Of a stretch of 64,000 bases of DNA, positions 16,199 through 27,700 are shown piece by piece. The position numbers were made by a program, and so were the translations under genes. Source of the DNA: Balanoglossus misakiensis (Eukaryota > Animalia > Hemichordata). The stretch's first letter is position 1. Each line of letters opens with the position of its first letter. The stretch spans positions 9,615,403 through 9,679,402 of the forward strand of contig CM082587.2 of assembly GCA_040954595.2 (NCBI GenBank). The letters are read 5' to 3'. The notes beneath the pieces were generated by a model, which was not told the DNA's origin, did no database searches, and saw nothing but the letters and a program-made list of their open reading frames with translations.

Positions 16199-18519
16199 GG
16201 CTTCTTCAGCTTCTCAAATGCTGTCTGCTGGTCGTCGCCCCATACAAACTGAACATCTTTCCGAATAAGTCTCTGAATAGGCTCTGCCACTGTCGATAGG
16301 TCTGGCATAAATTTCGCCACAAACTGAACTAGACCCATGAAAGATCTCGCTTCTGCTGCAGTTTTCGGCGGCTCTGCGTCCTGTATTGCTGCAACTTTCT
16401 CTTCACTTGGCTCAATTCCTCGCTGGGTAACTTGATGACCAAAGAAAGTTAGCCTGGAAAGTCGAAATTGACACTTTTTTGCATTCAGCGTCAATCCCAC
16501 TTGTCTGAGTCGATCCAACACTGCTTTCAGTCTTTTGTCGTGTTCCTCAAGACCATCACCGTGCACTATCAGATCATCTGCGATGTTGTCTACTCCTTCA
16601 CATCCTCGAAGGACATCTTTGATGATTTTCTGGTATTTCTCCGGCGCAGAGGAAAGACCAAACATTAGCCTGGTATACCTATACAGGCCTCGATGTGTTG
16701 CAAATGTTGTGATGTGTCGACTCTCATCGCTCAGTTGAATTTGATGGAAACCCCATTTCAGATCCAAACACGAAAATACTGTGCTGCCATTCAGATCATG
16801 CAACAATTCTTCCACTGTAGGAATAGGCTGGCGTTCTCTGACAATCGCCTCGTTGGCACGTCTCATATCAACACAGATACGCACGTCACCATCTGCTTTT
16901 GGTATCACCACCAGTGGAGAAACCCATCCTGTTGGTCCCTCTGGTACTTCCTCAATGATACCAGCTCCCAACAGTTCATCCAGTTTTTCATCTACTTTCT
17001 CTCTCAGGCCATAGGGGACTCTTCTCACGGGCTGTGCAACTGGCTTTACAGACTCATCTATGTTTAACTTCAACTCATAGTCTTTCAGAAGACCGATGCC
17101 GCTCAGCACATCTCCATAATCTTCCCGTATGTCACTGCCTGAATTTCCACCAACTGTGTTGACATTCAAGTTATGTGCATCAACTTGAACTGGCCCAACA
17201 CGAAGTAGATTCAGCGTCTCAGCTGTCTCTTTACACAGCAAACTTTTCCCTTTGCCCTCGATGACAATAAAGTCTGCTCGGCATGATGTTCCATTCGGTG
17301 TCACTATATCCGCTGTAACAGTACCTAAAGTTGGTAATGGCTTCGTGCTGCCATATGCATACAGCACTTTTGTGTCCCTGCGTGATGTACACTGGATACT
17401 TTTAGACTTCAACCATTCCCAGGTCGGCTGGCTGATCAAGTTACATGTCGCTCCAGAGTCTATCAGGACATCAGGTAAGTCTACTCCACCCACCTGTAGT
17501 GTGACGTTACCGTTACGACCGCATGCAACATCTCCGACGGTGAAAGCATAATAACGGTGTGCATCTTCACCTGGCACATTCTGTGGCTCGGCAGAATAAC
17601 TCACATCGACGTAGTTTGCACTTGCACCGTTTTCTGTCTTGCTTTTCTGGCTAGACTTCGGTTTACCCCTGTCCATCTGTTTTTGTTGATGTTGTTGTTT
17701 ACCAGGAAGCAGCCTGGGACATCTCACCTTGAAATGACCAACTTCATCACACAATCTGCACTTTTGGCCTCTAGCTGGGCACTTCTCATCTCTTGCAAAG
17801 TGTCCTGTACGTCCACATTTGTAGCAACATTTCTTACTGCTGTGTGGTTTCCGGTTACCGAACTGTACACTGCTTTTCATATTACCGCCAATAGCATTGA
17901 CATGAACATGGGTTTTGCTTTCGCCCATCATTGTTTTCATCTGACAGTCAACAGCTTCTTGTGCTCGGGCAATCAACATGAGATCGGTCAGTGTCACATT
18001 GCCTTCTTTTTCGAGGAATTTACGGCGTAATTTCGGAGAATAGCACTTATCTATCAGTTGATCTCTGATGTATTCGTCTTTCTTCGCACCAAAATCGCAC
18101 GTAGCTGCTCGCTGTCTTAGCCTGCACACGAACTGATCAATGGTTTCATCGCTAGACTGGCTGATTTGTCGGAACAAATGTCTCTCGAAGGGAACGTTCG
18201 CTTTCGGTATAAAGTATTCGTCAAGTACCTTCATCGTGTCCTTGTAATTGTTTTTCACGTCCTCACCCACGAGCGTGTAGTACACGTCTTGTACACCAAG
18301 TCCGGCTGTGTGCAACAGGAGTGCTTGCTTCTGTACTTCAGCTGTCACACCCTTCCCTATCAAGTACAGTTCAAAAGCTCGTTTCCACTTCTTCCATCGT
18401 TGAGAAGCAGAATTGGGATCGTCACTGACGTCAAACGGTTGGAGACTGCCGATTTCCGTCGACAAAGGAACCACATTTCCACCACCACCGCCCATACTAG
18501 CGTTTTCAGCTTGCGACAT
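16144..18519 (-). CDS. gag-pol: Gag-protease-RT portion of element 2 polyprotein, truncated by the frameshift
   Basis: ATG at 18519; Gag WKKWKRAFELY...Q..DETIDQFVCRL; knuckles CYKCGRTGHFARDEKC and CRLCDEVGHFKVRC; protease LIDSGA; RT ICVDMRRAN, LMFGL, IADD; last about 18 aa are out of frame. Confidence 0.94.
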   Translation of the reverse strand: MSQAENASMGGGGGNVVPLSTEIGSLQPFDVSDDPNSASQRWKKWKRAFELYLIGKGVTAEVQKQALLLHTAGLGVQDVYYTLVGEDVKNNYKDTMKVLDEYFIPKANVPFERHLFRQISQSSDETIDQFVCRLRQRAATCDFGAKKDEYIRDQLIDKCYSPKLRRKFLEKEGNVTLTDLMLIARAQEAVDCQMKTMMGESKTHVHVNAIGGNMKSSVQFGNRKPHSSKKCCYKCGRTGHFARDEKCPARGQKCRLCDEVGHFKVRCPRLLPGKQQHQQKQMDRGKPKSSQKSKTENGASANYVDVSYSAEPQNVPGEDAHRYYAFTVGDVACGRNGNVTLQVGGVDLPDVLIDSGATCNLISQPTWEWLKSKSIQCTSRRDTKVLYAYGSTKPLPTLGTVTADIVTPNGTSCRADFIVIEGKGKSLLCKETAETLNLLRVGPVQVDAHNLNVNTVGGNSGSDIREDYGDVLSGIGLLKDYELKLNIDESVKPVAQPVRRVPYGLREKVDEKLDELLGAGIIEEVPEGPTGWVSPLVVIPKADGDVRICVDMRRANEAIVRERQPIPTVEELLHDLNGSTVFSCLDLKWGFHQIQLSDESRHITTFATHRGLYRYTRLMFGLSSAPEKYQKIIKDVLRGCEGVDNIADDLIVHGDGLEEHDKRLKAVLDRLRQVGLTLNAKKCQFRLSRLTFFGHQVTQRGIEPSEEKVAAIQDAEPPKTAAEARSFMGLVQFVAKFMPDLSTVAEPIQRLIRKDVQFVWGDDQQTAFEKLKKPPKLTHWDISEWTARRGL

Positions 18520-18609
18520 CACAGCAACTGAAATCGGGTGTACTCACAGAGAGAAAAATTGGCTTCTTCACGGACTCTCGGGACGATAATCTCCTTCCTA
18601 ACAACCGTT

Positions 18610-18622
18610 ATCCTCGTCGCCA
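18610..18622 (-). promoter_or_regulatory. Primer binding site of element 2, complementary to the 3' end of tRNA-Ser(GCU)
   Basis: Minus strand reads TGGCGACGAGGAT, 2 nt after the 5' LTR; metazoan tRNA-Ser(GCU) ends ...ATCCTCGTCG-CCA. Confidence 0.85.
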
Positions 18623-18624
18623 GA

Positions 18625-18792
18625 TGTGGTATCTGTTAACACATCAGACAGACCAAAATCTCTGTCAAACTAAACGGATTTATTCACGAAACTCGCACAC
18701 ACAACACATGTGCTTAAACGCTATACAAACGTAATACAACACACTGCGCATGCTCAAAGAGCAAAGGACTGTGGGAGTGTCAGTACACTACA
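18625..18792 (-). repeat. 5' LTR of element 2 (168 bp)
   Basis: Direct repeat of 13974-14141, adjacent to the PBS. Confidence 0.98.
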
Positions 18793-21700
18793 GTCACCAC
18801 TTCATAAGTGGTCTTACCCGTCATTGGCACAAACAGTCTCAGAAAGTAAGCTTTCAGCCTACCAATGTAGCTATTGTATTTTCCACTTTTTGTAAGTGAA
18901 GCCTGACTGTCGCCTGTCTTAGGTCACCACTTCATAAGCGGTCTTACCCGTCATTGGCACAAACAGTCTCAGGAAGTAAGCTTTCAGCCTACCAATGTAG
19001 CTATTATATTTTCCACTTTTTGTAAGTGAAGCCTGACTGTCGCCTTTCTTAGGTCACCACTTCATAAGCGGTCTTACCCGTCATTGGCACAAACAGTCTC
19101 AGGAAGTAAGCTTTCAGCCTACCAATGTAGCTATTGTATTTTCCACTTTTTGTAAGTGAAGCCTGACTGTCGCCTGTCTTAGGTCACAACTTCATAAGCG
19201 GTCTTACCCGTCATTGGCAAAAACAGTCTCAGGAAGTAAGCTTTCAGCCTACCAATGTAGCTATTATATTTTCCACTTTTTGTAAGTGAAGCCTGACTGT
19301 CGCCTGTCTTAGGTCACAACTTCATAAGCGGTCTTACCCGTCATTGGCACAAACAGTCTCAGGAAGTAAGCTTTCAGCCTACCAATGTAGCTATTGTATT
19401 TTCCACTTTTTGTAAGTGAAGCCTGACTGTCGCCTGTCTTAGGTCACCACTTCATAAGCGGTCTTACCCGTCATTGGCACAAACAGTCTCAGGAAGTAAG
19501 CTTTCAGCCTACCAATGTAGCTATTGTATTTTCCACTTTTTGTAAGTGAAGCCTGACTGTCGCCTGTCTTAGGTCACCACTTCATAAGCGGTCTTACCCG
19601 TCATTGGCACAAACAGTCTCAGGAAGTAAGCTTTCAGCCTACCAATGTAGCTATTGTATTTTCCACTTTTTGTAAGTGAAGCCTTACTGTCGCCTGTCTT
19701 AGGTCACCACTTCATAAGCGGTCTTACCCATCATTGGCACAAACAGTCTCAGGAAGTAAGCTTTCAGCCTACCAATGTAGCTATTGTATTTTCCACTTTT
19801 TGTAAGTGAAGCCTGACTGTCGCCTGTCTTAGGTCACCACTTCATAAGCGGTCTTACCCGTCATTGGCAAAAACAGTCTCAGGAAGTAACTTTCAGCCTA
19901 CCAATGTAGCTATTATATTTTCCACTTTTTGTAAGTGAAGCCTGATTGTCGCCTGTCTTAGGTCACCACTTCATAAGCGGTCTTACCCGTCATTGGCACA
20001 AACAGTCTCAGGAAGTAAGCTTTCAGCCTACCAATGTAGCTATTGTATTTTCCACTTTTTGTAAGTGAAGCCTGACTGTCGCCTGTCTTAGGTCACCACT
20101 TCATAAGCGGTCTTACCCGTCATTGGCACAAACAGTCTCAGGAAGTAAGCTTTCAGCCTACCAATGTAGCTATTGTATTTTCCACTTTTTGTAAGTGAAG
20201 CCTGACTGTCGCCTGTCTTAGGTCACCACTTCATAAGCGGTCTTACCCGTCATTGGCACAAACAGTCTCAGGAAGTAAGCTTTCAGCCTACCAATGTAGC
20301 TATTGTATTTTCCACTTTTTGTAAGTGAAGCCTGACTGTCGCCTGTCTTAGGTCACCACTTCATAAGCGGTCTTACCCATCATTGGCACAAACAGTCTCA
20401 GGAAGTAAGCTTTCAGCCTACCAATGTAGCTATTGTATTTTCCACTTTTTGTAAGTGAAGCCTGACTGTCGCCTGTCTTAGGTCACCACTTCATAAGCGG
20501 TCTTACCCGTCATTGGCAAAAACAGTCTCAGGAAGTAACTTTCAGCCTACCAATGTAGCTATTATATTTTCCACTTTTTGTAAGTGAAGCCTGATTGTCG
20601 CCTGTCTTAGGTCACCACTTCATAAGCGGTCTTACCCGTCATTGGCACAAACAGTCTCAGGAAGTTAGCTTTCAGCCTACCAATGTAGCTATTGTATTTT
20701 CCACTTTTTGTAAGTGAAGCCTGACTGTCGCCTGTCTTAGGTCACCACTTCATAAGCGGTCTTACCCGTCATTGGCACAAACAGTCTCAGGAAGTAAGCT
20801 TTCAGCCTACCAATGTAGCTATTGTATTTTCCACTTTTTGTAAGTGAAGCCTGACTGTCGCCTGTCTTAGGTCACCACTTCATAAGCGGTCTTACCCGTC
20901 ATTGGCACAAACAGTCTCAGGAAGTAAGCTTTCAGCCTACCAATGTAGCTATTGTATTTTCCACTTTTTGTATGTGAAGCCTGACTGTCGCCTGTCTTAG
21001 GTCACCACTTCATAAGTGGTCTTACCCGTCATTGGCACAAACAGTCTCAGGAAGTTAGCTTTCAGGCTACCAATGTAGCTATTGTATTTTCCACTTTTTG
21101 TAAGGGAAGCCTGACTGTCGCCTGTCTTAGGTCACCACTTCATAAGCGGTCTTACCCGTCATTGGCACAAACAGTCTCAGGAAGTTAGCTTTCAGGCTAC
21201 CAATGTAGCTATTGTATTTTCCACTTTTTGTAAGGGAAGCCTGACTGTCGCCTGTCTTAGGTCACCACTTCATAATCGGTCTTACCCGTCATTGGCCCAA
21301 ACAGTCTCAGGAAGTAAGCTTTCAGCCTACCAATGTAGCTATTGTATTTTCCACTTTTTGTAAGTGAAGCCTGATTGTCGCCTGTCTTAGGTCACCACTT
21401 CATAAGCGGTCTTACCCGTCATTGGCACAAACAGTCTCAGGAAGTTAGCTTTCAGGCTACCAATGTAGCTATTGTATTTTCCACTTTTTGTAAGTGAAGC
21501 CTGACTGTCGCCTGTCTTAGGTCACCACTTCATAAGCGGTCTTACCCGTCATTGGCACAAACAGTCTCAGGAAGTAAGCTTTCAGCCTACCAATGTAGCT
21601 ATTGTATTTTCCACTTTTTGTAAGTGAAGCCTGACTGTCGCCTGTCTTAGGTCACCACTTCATAAGCGGTCTTTTCCGTCATTGGCACAAACAGTCTCAG

Positions 21701-24700
21701 GAAGTTAGCTTTCAGGCTACCAATGTAGCTATTGTATTTTCCACTTTTTGTAAGGGAAGCCTGACTGTCGCCTGTCTTAGGTCACCACTTCATAAGCGGT
21801 CTTACCCGTCATTGGCACAAACAGTCTCAGGAAGTAAGCTTTCAGCCTACCAATGTAGCTATTATATTTTCCACTTTTTGTAAGTGAAGCCTGATTGTCG
21901 CCTGTCTTAGGTCACCACTTCATAAGCGGTCTTACCCGTCATTGGCACAAACAGTCTCAGGAAGTTAGCTTTCAGGCTACCAATGTAGCTATTGTATTTT
22001 CCACTTTTTGTAAGTGAAGCCCGACTGTCGCCTGTCTTAGGTCACCACTTCATAAGCGGTCTTACCCGTCATTGGCACAAACAGTCTCGGGAAGTAAGCT
22101 TTCAGCCTACCAATGTAGCTATTGTATTTTCCACTTTTTGTAAGTGAAGCCTGACTGTCGCCTGTCTTAGGTCACCACTTCATAAGCGGTCTTACCCGTC
22201 ATTGGCACAAACAGTCTCAGGAAGTAAGCTTTCAGCCTACCAATGTAGCTATTGTATTTTCCACTTTTTGTAAGTGAAGCCTGATTGTCGCCTGTCTTAG
22301 GTCACCACTTCATAAGCGGTCTTACCCGTCATTGGCACAAACAGTCTCAGGAAGTTAGCTTTCAGGCTACCAATGTAGCTATTGTATTTTCCACTTTTTG
22401 TAAGTGAAGCCTGACTGTCGCCTGTCTTAGGTCACCACTTCATAAGCGGTCTTACCCGTCATTGGCACAAACAGTCTCAGGAAGTAAGCTTTCAGCCTAC
22501 CAATGTAGCTATTGTATTTTCCACTTTTTGTAAGTGAAGCCTGACTGTCGCCTGTCTTAGGTCACCACTTCATAAGCGGTCTTTTCCGTCATTGGCACAA
22601 ACAGTCTCAGGAAGTTAGCTTTCAGGCTACCAATGTAGCTATTGTATTTTCCACTTTTTGTAAGGGAAGCCTGACTGTCGCCTGTCTTAGGTCACCACTT
22701 CATAAGCGGTCTTACCCGTCATTGGCACAAACAGTCTCAGGAAGTAAGCTTTCAGCCTACCAATGTAGCTATTATATTTTCCACTTTTTGTAAGTGAAGC
22801 CTGATTGTCGCCTGTCTTAGGTCACCACTTCATAAGCGGTCTTACCCGTCATTGGCACAAACAGTCTCAGGAAGTTAGCTTTCAGGCTACCAATGTAGCT
22901 ATTGTATTTTCCACTTTTTGTAAGTGAAGCCCGACTGTCGCCTGTCTTAGGTCACCACTTCATAAGCGGTCTTACCCGTCATTGGCACAAACAGTCTCGG
23001 GAAGTAAGCTTTCAGCCTACCAATGTAGCTATTGTATTTTCCACTTTTTGTAAGTGAAGCCTGACTGTCGCCTGTCTTAGGTCACCACTTCATAAGCGGT
23101 CTTACCCGTCATTGGCACAAACAGTCTCAGGAAGTAAGCTTTCAGCCTACCAATGTAGCTATTGTATTTTCCACTTTTTGTAAGTGAAGCCTGACTGTCG
23201 CCTGTCTTAGGTCACCACTTCATAAGCGGTCTTACCCGTCATTGGCACAAACAGTCTCAGGAAGTAAGCTTTCAGCCTACCAATGTAGCTATTGTATTTT
23301 CCACTTTTTGTAAGTGAAGCCTGACTGTCGCCTCTCTTAGGTCACCACTTCATAAGCGGTCTTACCCGTCATTGGCACAAACAGTCTCAGGAAGTAAGCT
23401 TTCAGCCTACCAAACAGTCTCTGGAAGTAAGCTTTCAGCCTACCAATGTAGCTATTGTATTTTCCACTTTTTGTTAGTGAAGCCTGACTGTCGCCTCTCT
23501 TAGGTCACCACTTCATAAGCGGTCTTACCCGTCATTGGCACAAACAGTCTCAGGAAGTAAGCTTCAGCCTACCAATGTAGCTATTATATTTTCCACTTTT
23601 TGTAAGTGAAGCCTGACTGTCGCCTGTCTTAGGTCACCACTTCATAAGCGGTCTTACCCGTCATTGGCACAAACAGTCTCAGGAAGTAAGCTTTCAGCCT
23701 ACCAATGTAGCTATTGTATTTTCCACTTTTTGTAAGTGAAGCCTGACTGTCGCCTGTCTTAGGTCACCACTTCATAAGCGGTCTTACCCGTCATTGGCAC
23801 AAACAGTCTCAGGAAGTAAGCTTTCAGCCTACCAATGTAGCTATTGTATTTTCCACTTTTTGTAAGTGAAGCCTGACTGTCGCCTGTCTTAGGTCACCAC
23901 TTCATAAGCGGTCTTACCCGTCATTGGCACAAACAGTCTCAGGAAGTAAGCTTTCAGCCTACCAATGTAGCTATTGTATTTTCCACTTTTTGTAAGTGAA
24001 GCCTGACTGTCGCCTGTCTTAGGTCACCACTTCATAAGCGGTCTTACCCATCATTGGCACAAACAGTCTCAGGAAGTAAGCTTTCAGCCTACCAATGTAG
24101 CTATTGTATTTTCCACTTTTTGTAAGTGAAGCCTGATTGTCGCCTGTCTTAGGTCACCACTTCATAAGCGGTCTTACCCGTCATTGGCACAAACAGTCTC
24201 AGGAAGTTACCTTTCAGCCTACCAATGTAGCTATTGTATTTTCCACTTTTTGTAAGTGAAGCCTGACTGTCGCCTGTCTTAGGTCACCACTTCATAAGCG
24301 GTCTTACCCGTCATTGGCACAAACAGTCTCAGGAAGTAAGCTTTCAGCCTACCAATGTAGCTATTGTATTTTCCACTTTTTGTAAGTGAAGCCTGACTGT
24401 CGCCTGTCTTAGGTCACCACTTCATAAGCGGTCTTACCCGTCATTGGCACAAACAGTCTCAGGAAGTTACCTTTCAGCCTACCAATGTAGCTATTGTATT
24501 TTCCACTTTTTGTAAGTGAAGCCTGACTGTCGCCTCTCTTAGGTCACCACTTCATAAGCGGTCTTACCCGTCATTGGCACAAACAGTCTCAGGAAGTAAG
24601 CTTTCAGCCTACCAAACAGTCTCTGGAAGTAAGCTTTCAGCCTACCAATGTAGCTATTGTATTTTCCACTTTTTGTTAGTGAAGCCTGACTGTCGCCTCT

Positions 24701-27700
24701 CTTAGGTCACCACTTCATAAGCGGTCTTACCCGTCATTGGCAAAAACAGTCTCAGGAAGTAAGCTTTCAGCCTACCAATGTAGCTATTATATTTTCCACT
24801 TTTTGTAAGTGAAGCCTGACTGTCGCCTGTCTTAGGTCACCACTTCATAAGCGGTCTTACCCGTCATTGGCACAAACAGTCTCAGGAAGTAAGCTTTCAG
24901 CCTACCAATGTAGCTATTGTATTTTCCACTTTTTGTAAGTGAAGCCTGATTGTCGCCTGTCTTAGGTCACCACTTCATAAGCGGTCTTACCCGTCATTGG
25001 CACAAACAGTCTCAGGAAGTTAGCTTTCAGGCTACCAATGTAGCTATTGTATTTTCCACTTTTTGTAAGTGAAGCCTGACTGTCGCCTGTCTTAGGTCAC
25101 CACTTCATAAGCGGTCTTACCCGTCATTGGCACAAACAGTCTCAGGAAGTAAGCTTTCAGCCTACCAATGTAGCTATTGTATTTTCCACTTTTTGTAAGT
25201 GAAGCCTGACTGTCGCCTGTCTTAGGTCACCACTTCATAAGCGGTCTTACCCGTCATTGGCACAAACAGTCTCAGGAAGTAAGCTTTCAGCCTACCAATG
25301 TAGCTATTGTATTTTCCACTTTTTGTATGTGAAGCCTGACCGTCGCCTGTCTTAGGTCACCACTTCATAAGCGGTCTTACCCGTCATTGGCACAAACAGT
25401 CTCAGGAAGTTAGCTTTCAGGCTACCAATGTAGCTATTGTATTTTCCACTTTTTGTAAGGGAAGCCTGACTGTCGCCTGTCTTAGGTCACCACTTCATAA
25501 GCGGTCTTACCCGTCATTGGCACAAACAGTCTCAGGAAGTTAATTTTCAGGCTACCAATGTAGCTATTGTATTTTCCACTTTTTGTAAGGGAAGCCTGAC
25601 TGTCGCCTGTCTTAGGTCACCACTTCATAAGCGGTCTTACCCGTCATTGGCCCAAACAGTCTCAGGAAGTAAACTTTCAGCCTACCAATGTAGCTATTGT
25701 ATTTTCCACTTTTTGTAAGTGAAGCCTGATTGTCGCCTGTCTTAGGTCACCACTTCATAAGCGGTCTTACCCGTCATTGGCACAAACAGTCTCAGGAAGT
25801 TAGCTTTCAGGCTACCAATGTAGCTATTGTATTTTCCACTTTTTGTAAGTGAAGCCTGACTGTCGCCTGTCTTAGGTCACCACTTCATAAGCGGTCTTAC
25901 CCGTCATTGGCACAAACAGTCTCAGGAAGTAAGCTTTCAGCCTACCAATGTAGCTATTGTATTTTCCACTTTTTGTAAGTGAAGCCTGACTGTCGCCTCT
26001 CTTAGGTCACCACTTCATAAGCGGTCTTACCCGTCATTGGCACAAACAGTCTCAGGAAGTTAGCTTTCAGGCTACCAATGTAGCTATTGTATTTTCCACT
26101 TTTTGTAAGTGAAGCCTGACTGTCGCCTGTCTTAGGTCACCACTTCATAAGCGGTCTTACCCGTCATTGGCACAAACAGTCTCAGGAAGTAAGCTTTCAG
26201 CCTACCAATTTAGCTATTGTATTTTCCACTTTTTGAAAGTGAAGCCTGACTGTCGCCTGTCTTAGGTCACCACTTCATAAGCGGTCTTACCCGTCATTGG
26301 CACAAACAGTCTCAGGAAGTAAGCTTTCAGCCTACCAATTTAGCTATTGTATTTTCCACTTTTTGAAAGTGAAGCCTGACTGTCGCCTGTCTTATGTCAC
26401 CACTTCATAAGCGGTCTTACCCGTCATTGGCACAAACAGTCTCAGGAAGTAAGCTTTCAGCCTACCAATGTAGCTATTGTATTTTCCACTTTTTGTAAGT
26501 GAAGCCTGACTGTCGCCTCTCTTAGGTCACCACTTCATAAGCGGTCTTACCCGTCATTGGCACAAACAGTCTCTGGAAGTAAGCTTTCAGCCTACCAAAC
26601 AGTCTCTGGAAGTAAGCTTTCAGCCTACCAATGTAGCTATTGTATTTTCCACTTTTTGTTAGTGAAGCCTGACTGTCGCCTGTCTTAGGTCACCACTTCA
26701 TAAGCGGTCTTACCCGTCATTGGCACAAACAGTCTCAGGAAGTAAGCTTTCAGCCTACCAAACAGTCTCTGAAAGTAAGCTTTCAGCCTACCAATGTAGC
26801 TATTGTATTTTCCACTTTTTGTAAGTGAAGCCTGACTGTCGCCTCTCTTAGGTCACCACTTCATAAGCGGTCTTACCGTCATTGGCACAAACAGTCTCAG
26901 GAAGTAAGCTTTCAGCCAACCAATGTAGCTATTGTATTTTCCACTTTTTGTAAGTGAAGCCTGACTGTCGCCTGTCTTAGGTCACCACTTCATAAGCGGT
27001 CTTACCCGTCATTGGCACAAACAGTCTCAGGAAGAAAGCTTTCAGCCTACCAATGTAGCTATCATATTTTTCACTTTTTGTAAGTGAAGCCTGACTGTCG
27101 CCTGTCTTAGGTCACCACTTCATAAGCGATCTTACCCGTCATTGGCACAAACAGTCTCAGGAAGTAAGCTTTCAGCCTACCAATGTAGCTATTGTATTTT
27201 CCACTTTTTGTAAGTGAAGCCTGACTGTCGCCTCTCTTAGGTCACCACTTCATAAGCGGTCTTACCCGTCATTGGCACAAACAGTCTCAGGAAGTTAGCT
27301 TTCAGGCTACCAATGTAGCTATTGTATTTTCCACTTTTTGTAAGTGAAGCCTGACTGTTGCCTGTCTTAGGTCACCACTTCATAAGCCGTCTTACCCGTC
27401 ATTGGCACAAACAGTCTCAGGAAGTAAGCTTTCAGCCTACCAATGTAGCTATTGTATTTTCCACTTTTTGTAAGTGAAGCCTGACTGTCACCTCTCTTAG
27501 GTCACCACTTCATAAGCGGTCTTACCCGTCATTGGCACAAACAGTCTCAGGAAGTAAGCTTTCAGCCTACCAATGTAGCTATTGTATTTTCCACTTTTTG
27601 TAAGTGAAGCCTGACTGTCGCCTGTCTTAGGTCACCACTTCATAAGCGGTCTTACCCGTCATTGGCACAAACAGTCTCAGGAAGAAAGCTTTCAGCCTAC

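Larger units (their letters stand above)
13974..18792 (-). mobile_element. Full-length Ty3/Gypsy LTR retrotransposon, Mag-like (element 2, 4819 bp)
   Basis: 168-bp LTRs with TG...CA ends, 5-bp TSD, tRNA-Ser PBS, polypurine tract, compact Gag (two knuckles)-PR-RT-RH-IN. Short LTRs, TGGCGACGAG PBS and 5-bp TSD are typical of the Mag clade; clade is inferred, not computed. Confidence 0.96.

Noticed and set aside
16575-16595. RT active site IADD instead of YxDD as an inactivating mutation
   Set aside because: Both catalytic aspartates are present, and non-Tyr variants of this motif are common in Mag-type elements to my knowledge.
14484-18531. Short ORFs overlapping element 2 gag-pol
   Set aside because: Shadow ORFs of the polyprotein with no independent evidence.
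18710-18895. 61-aa ORF running from the element 2 LTR into the satellite
   Set aside because: Chance junction ORF with a non-ATG start, antisense to the element.
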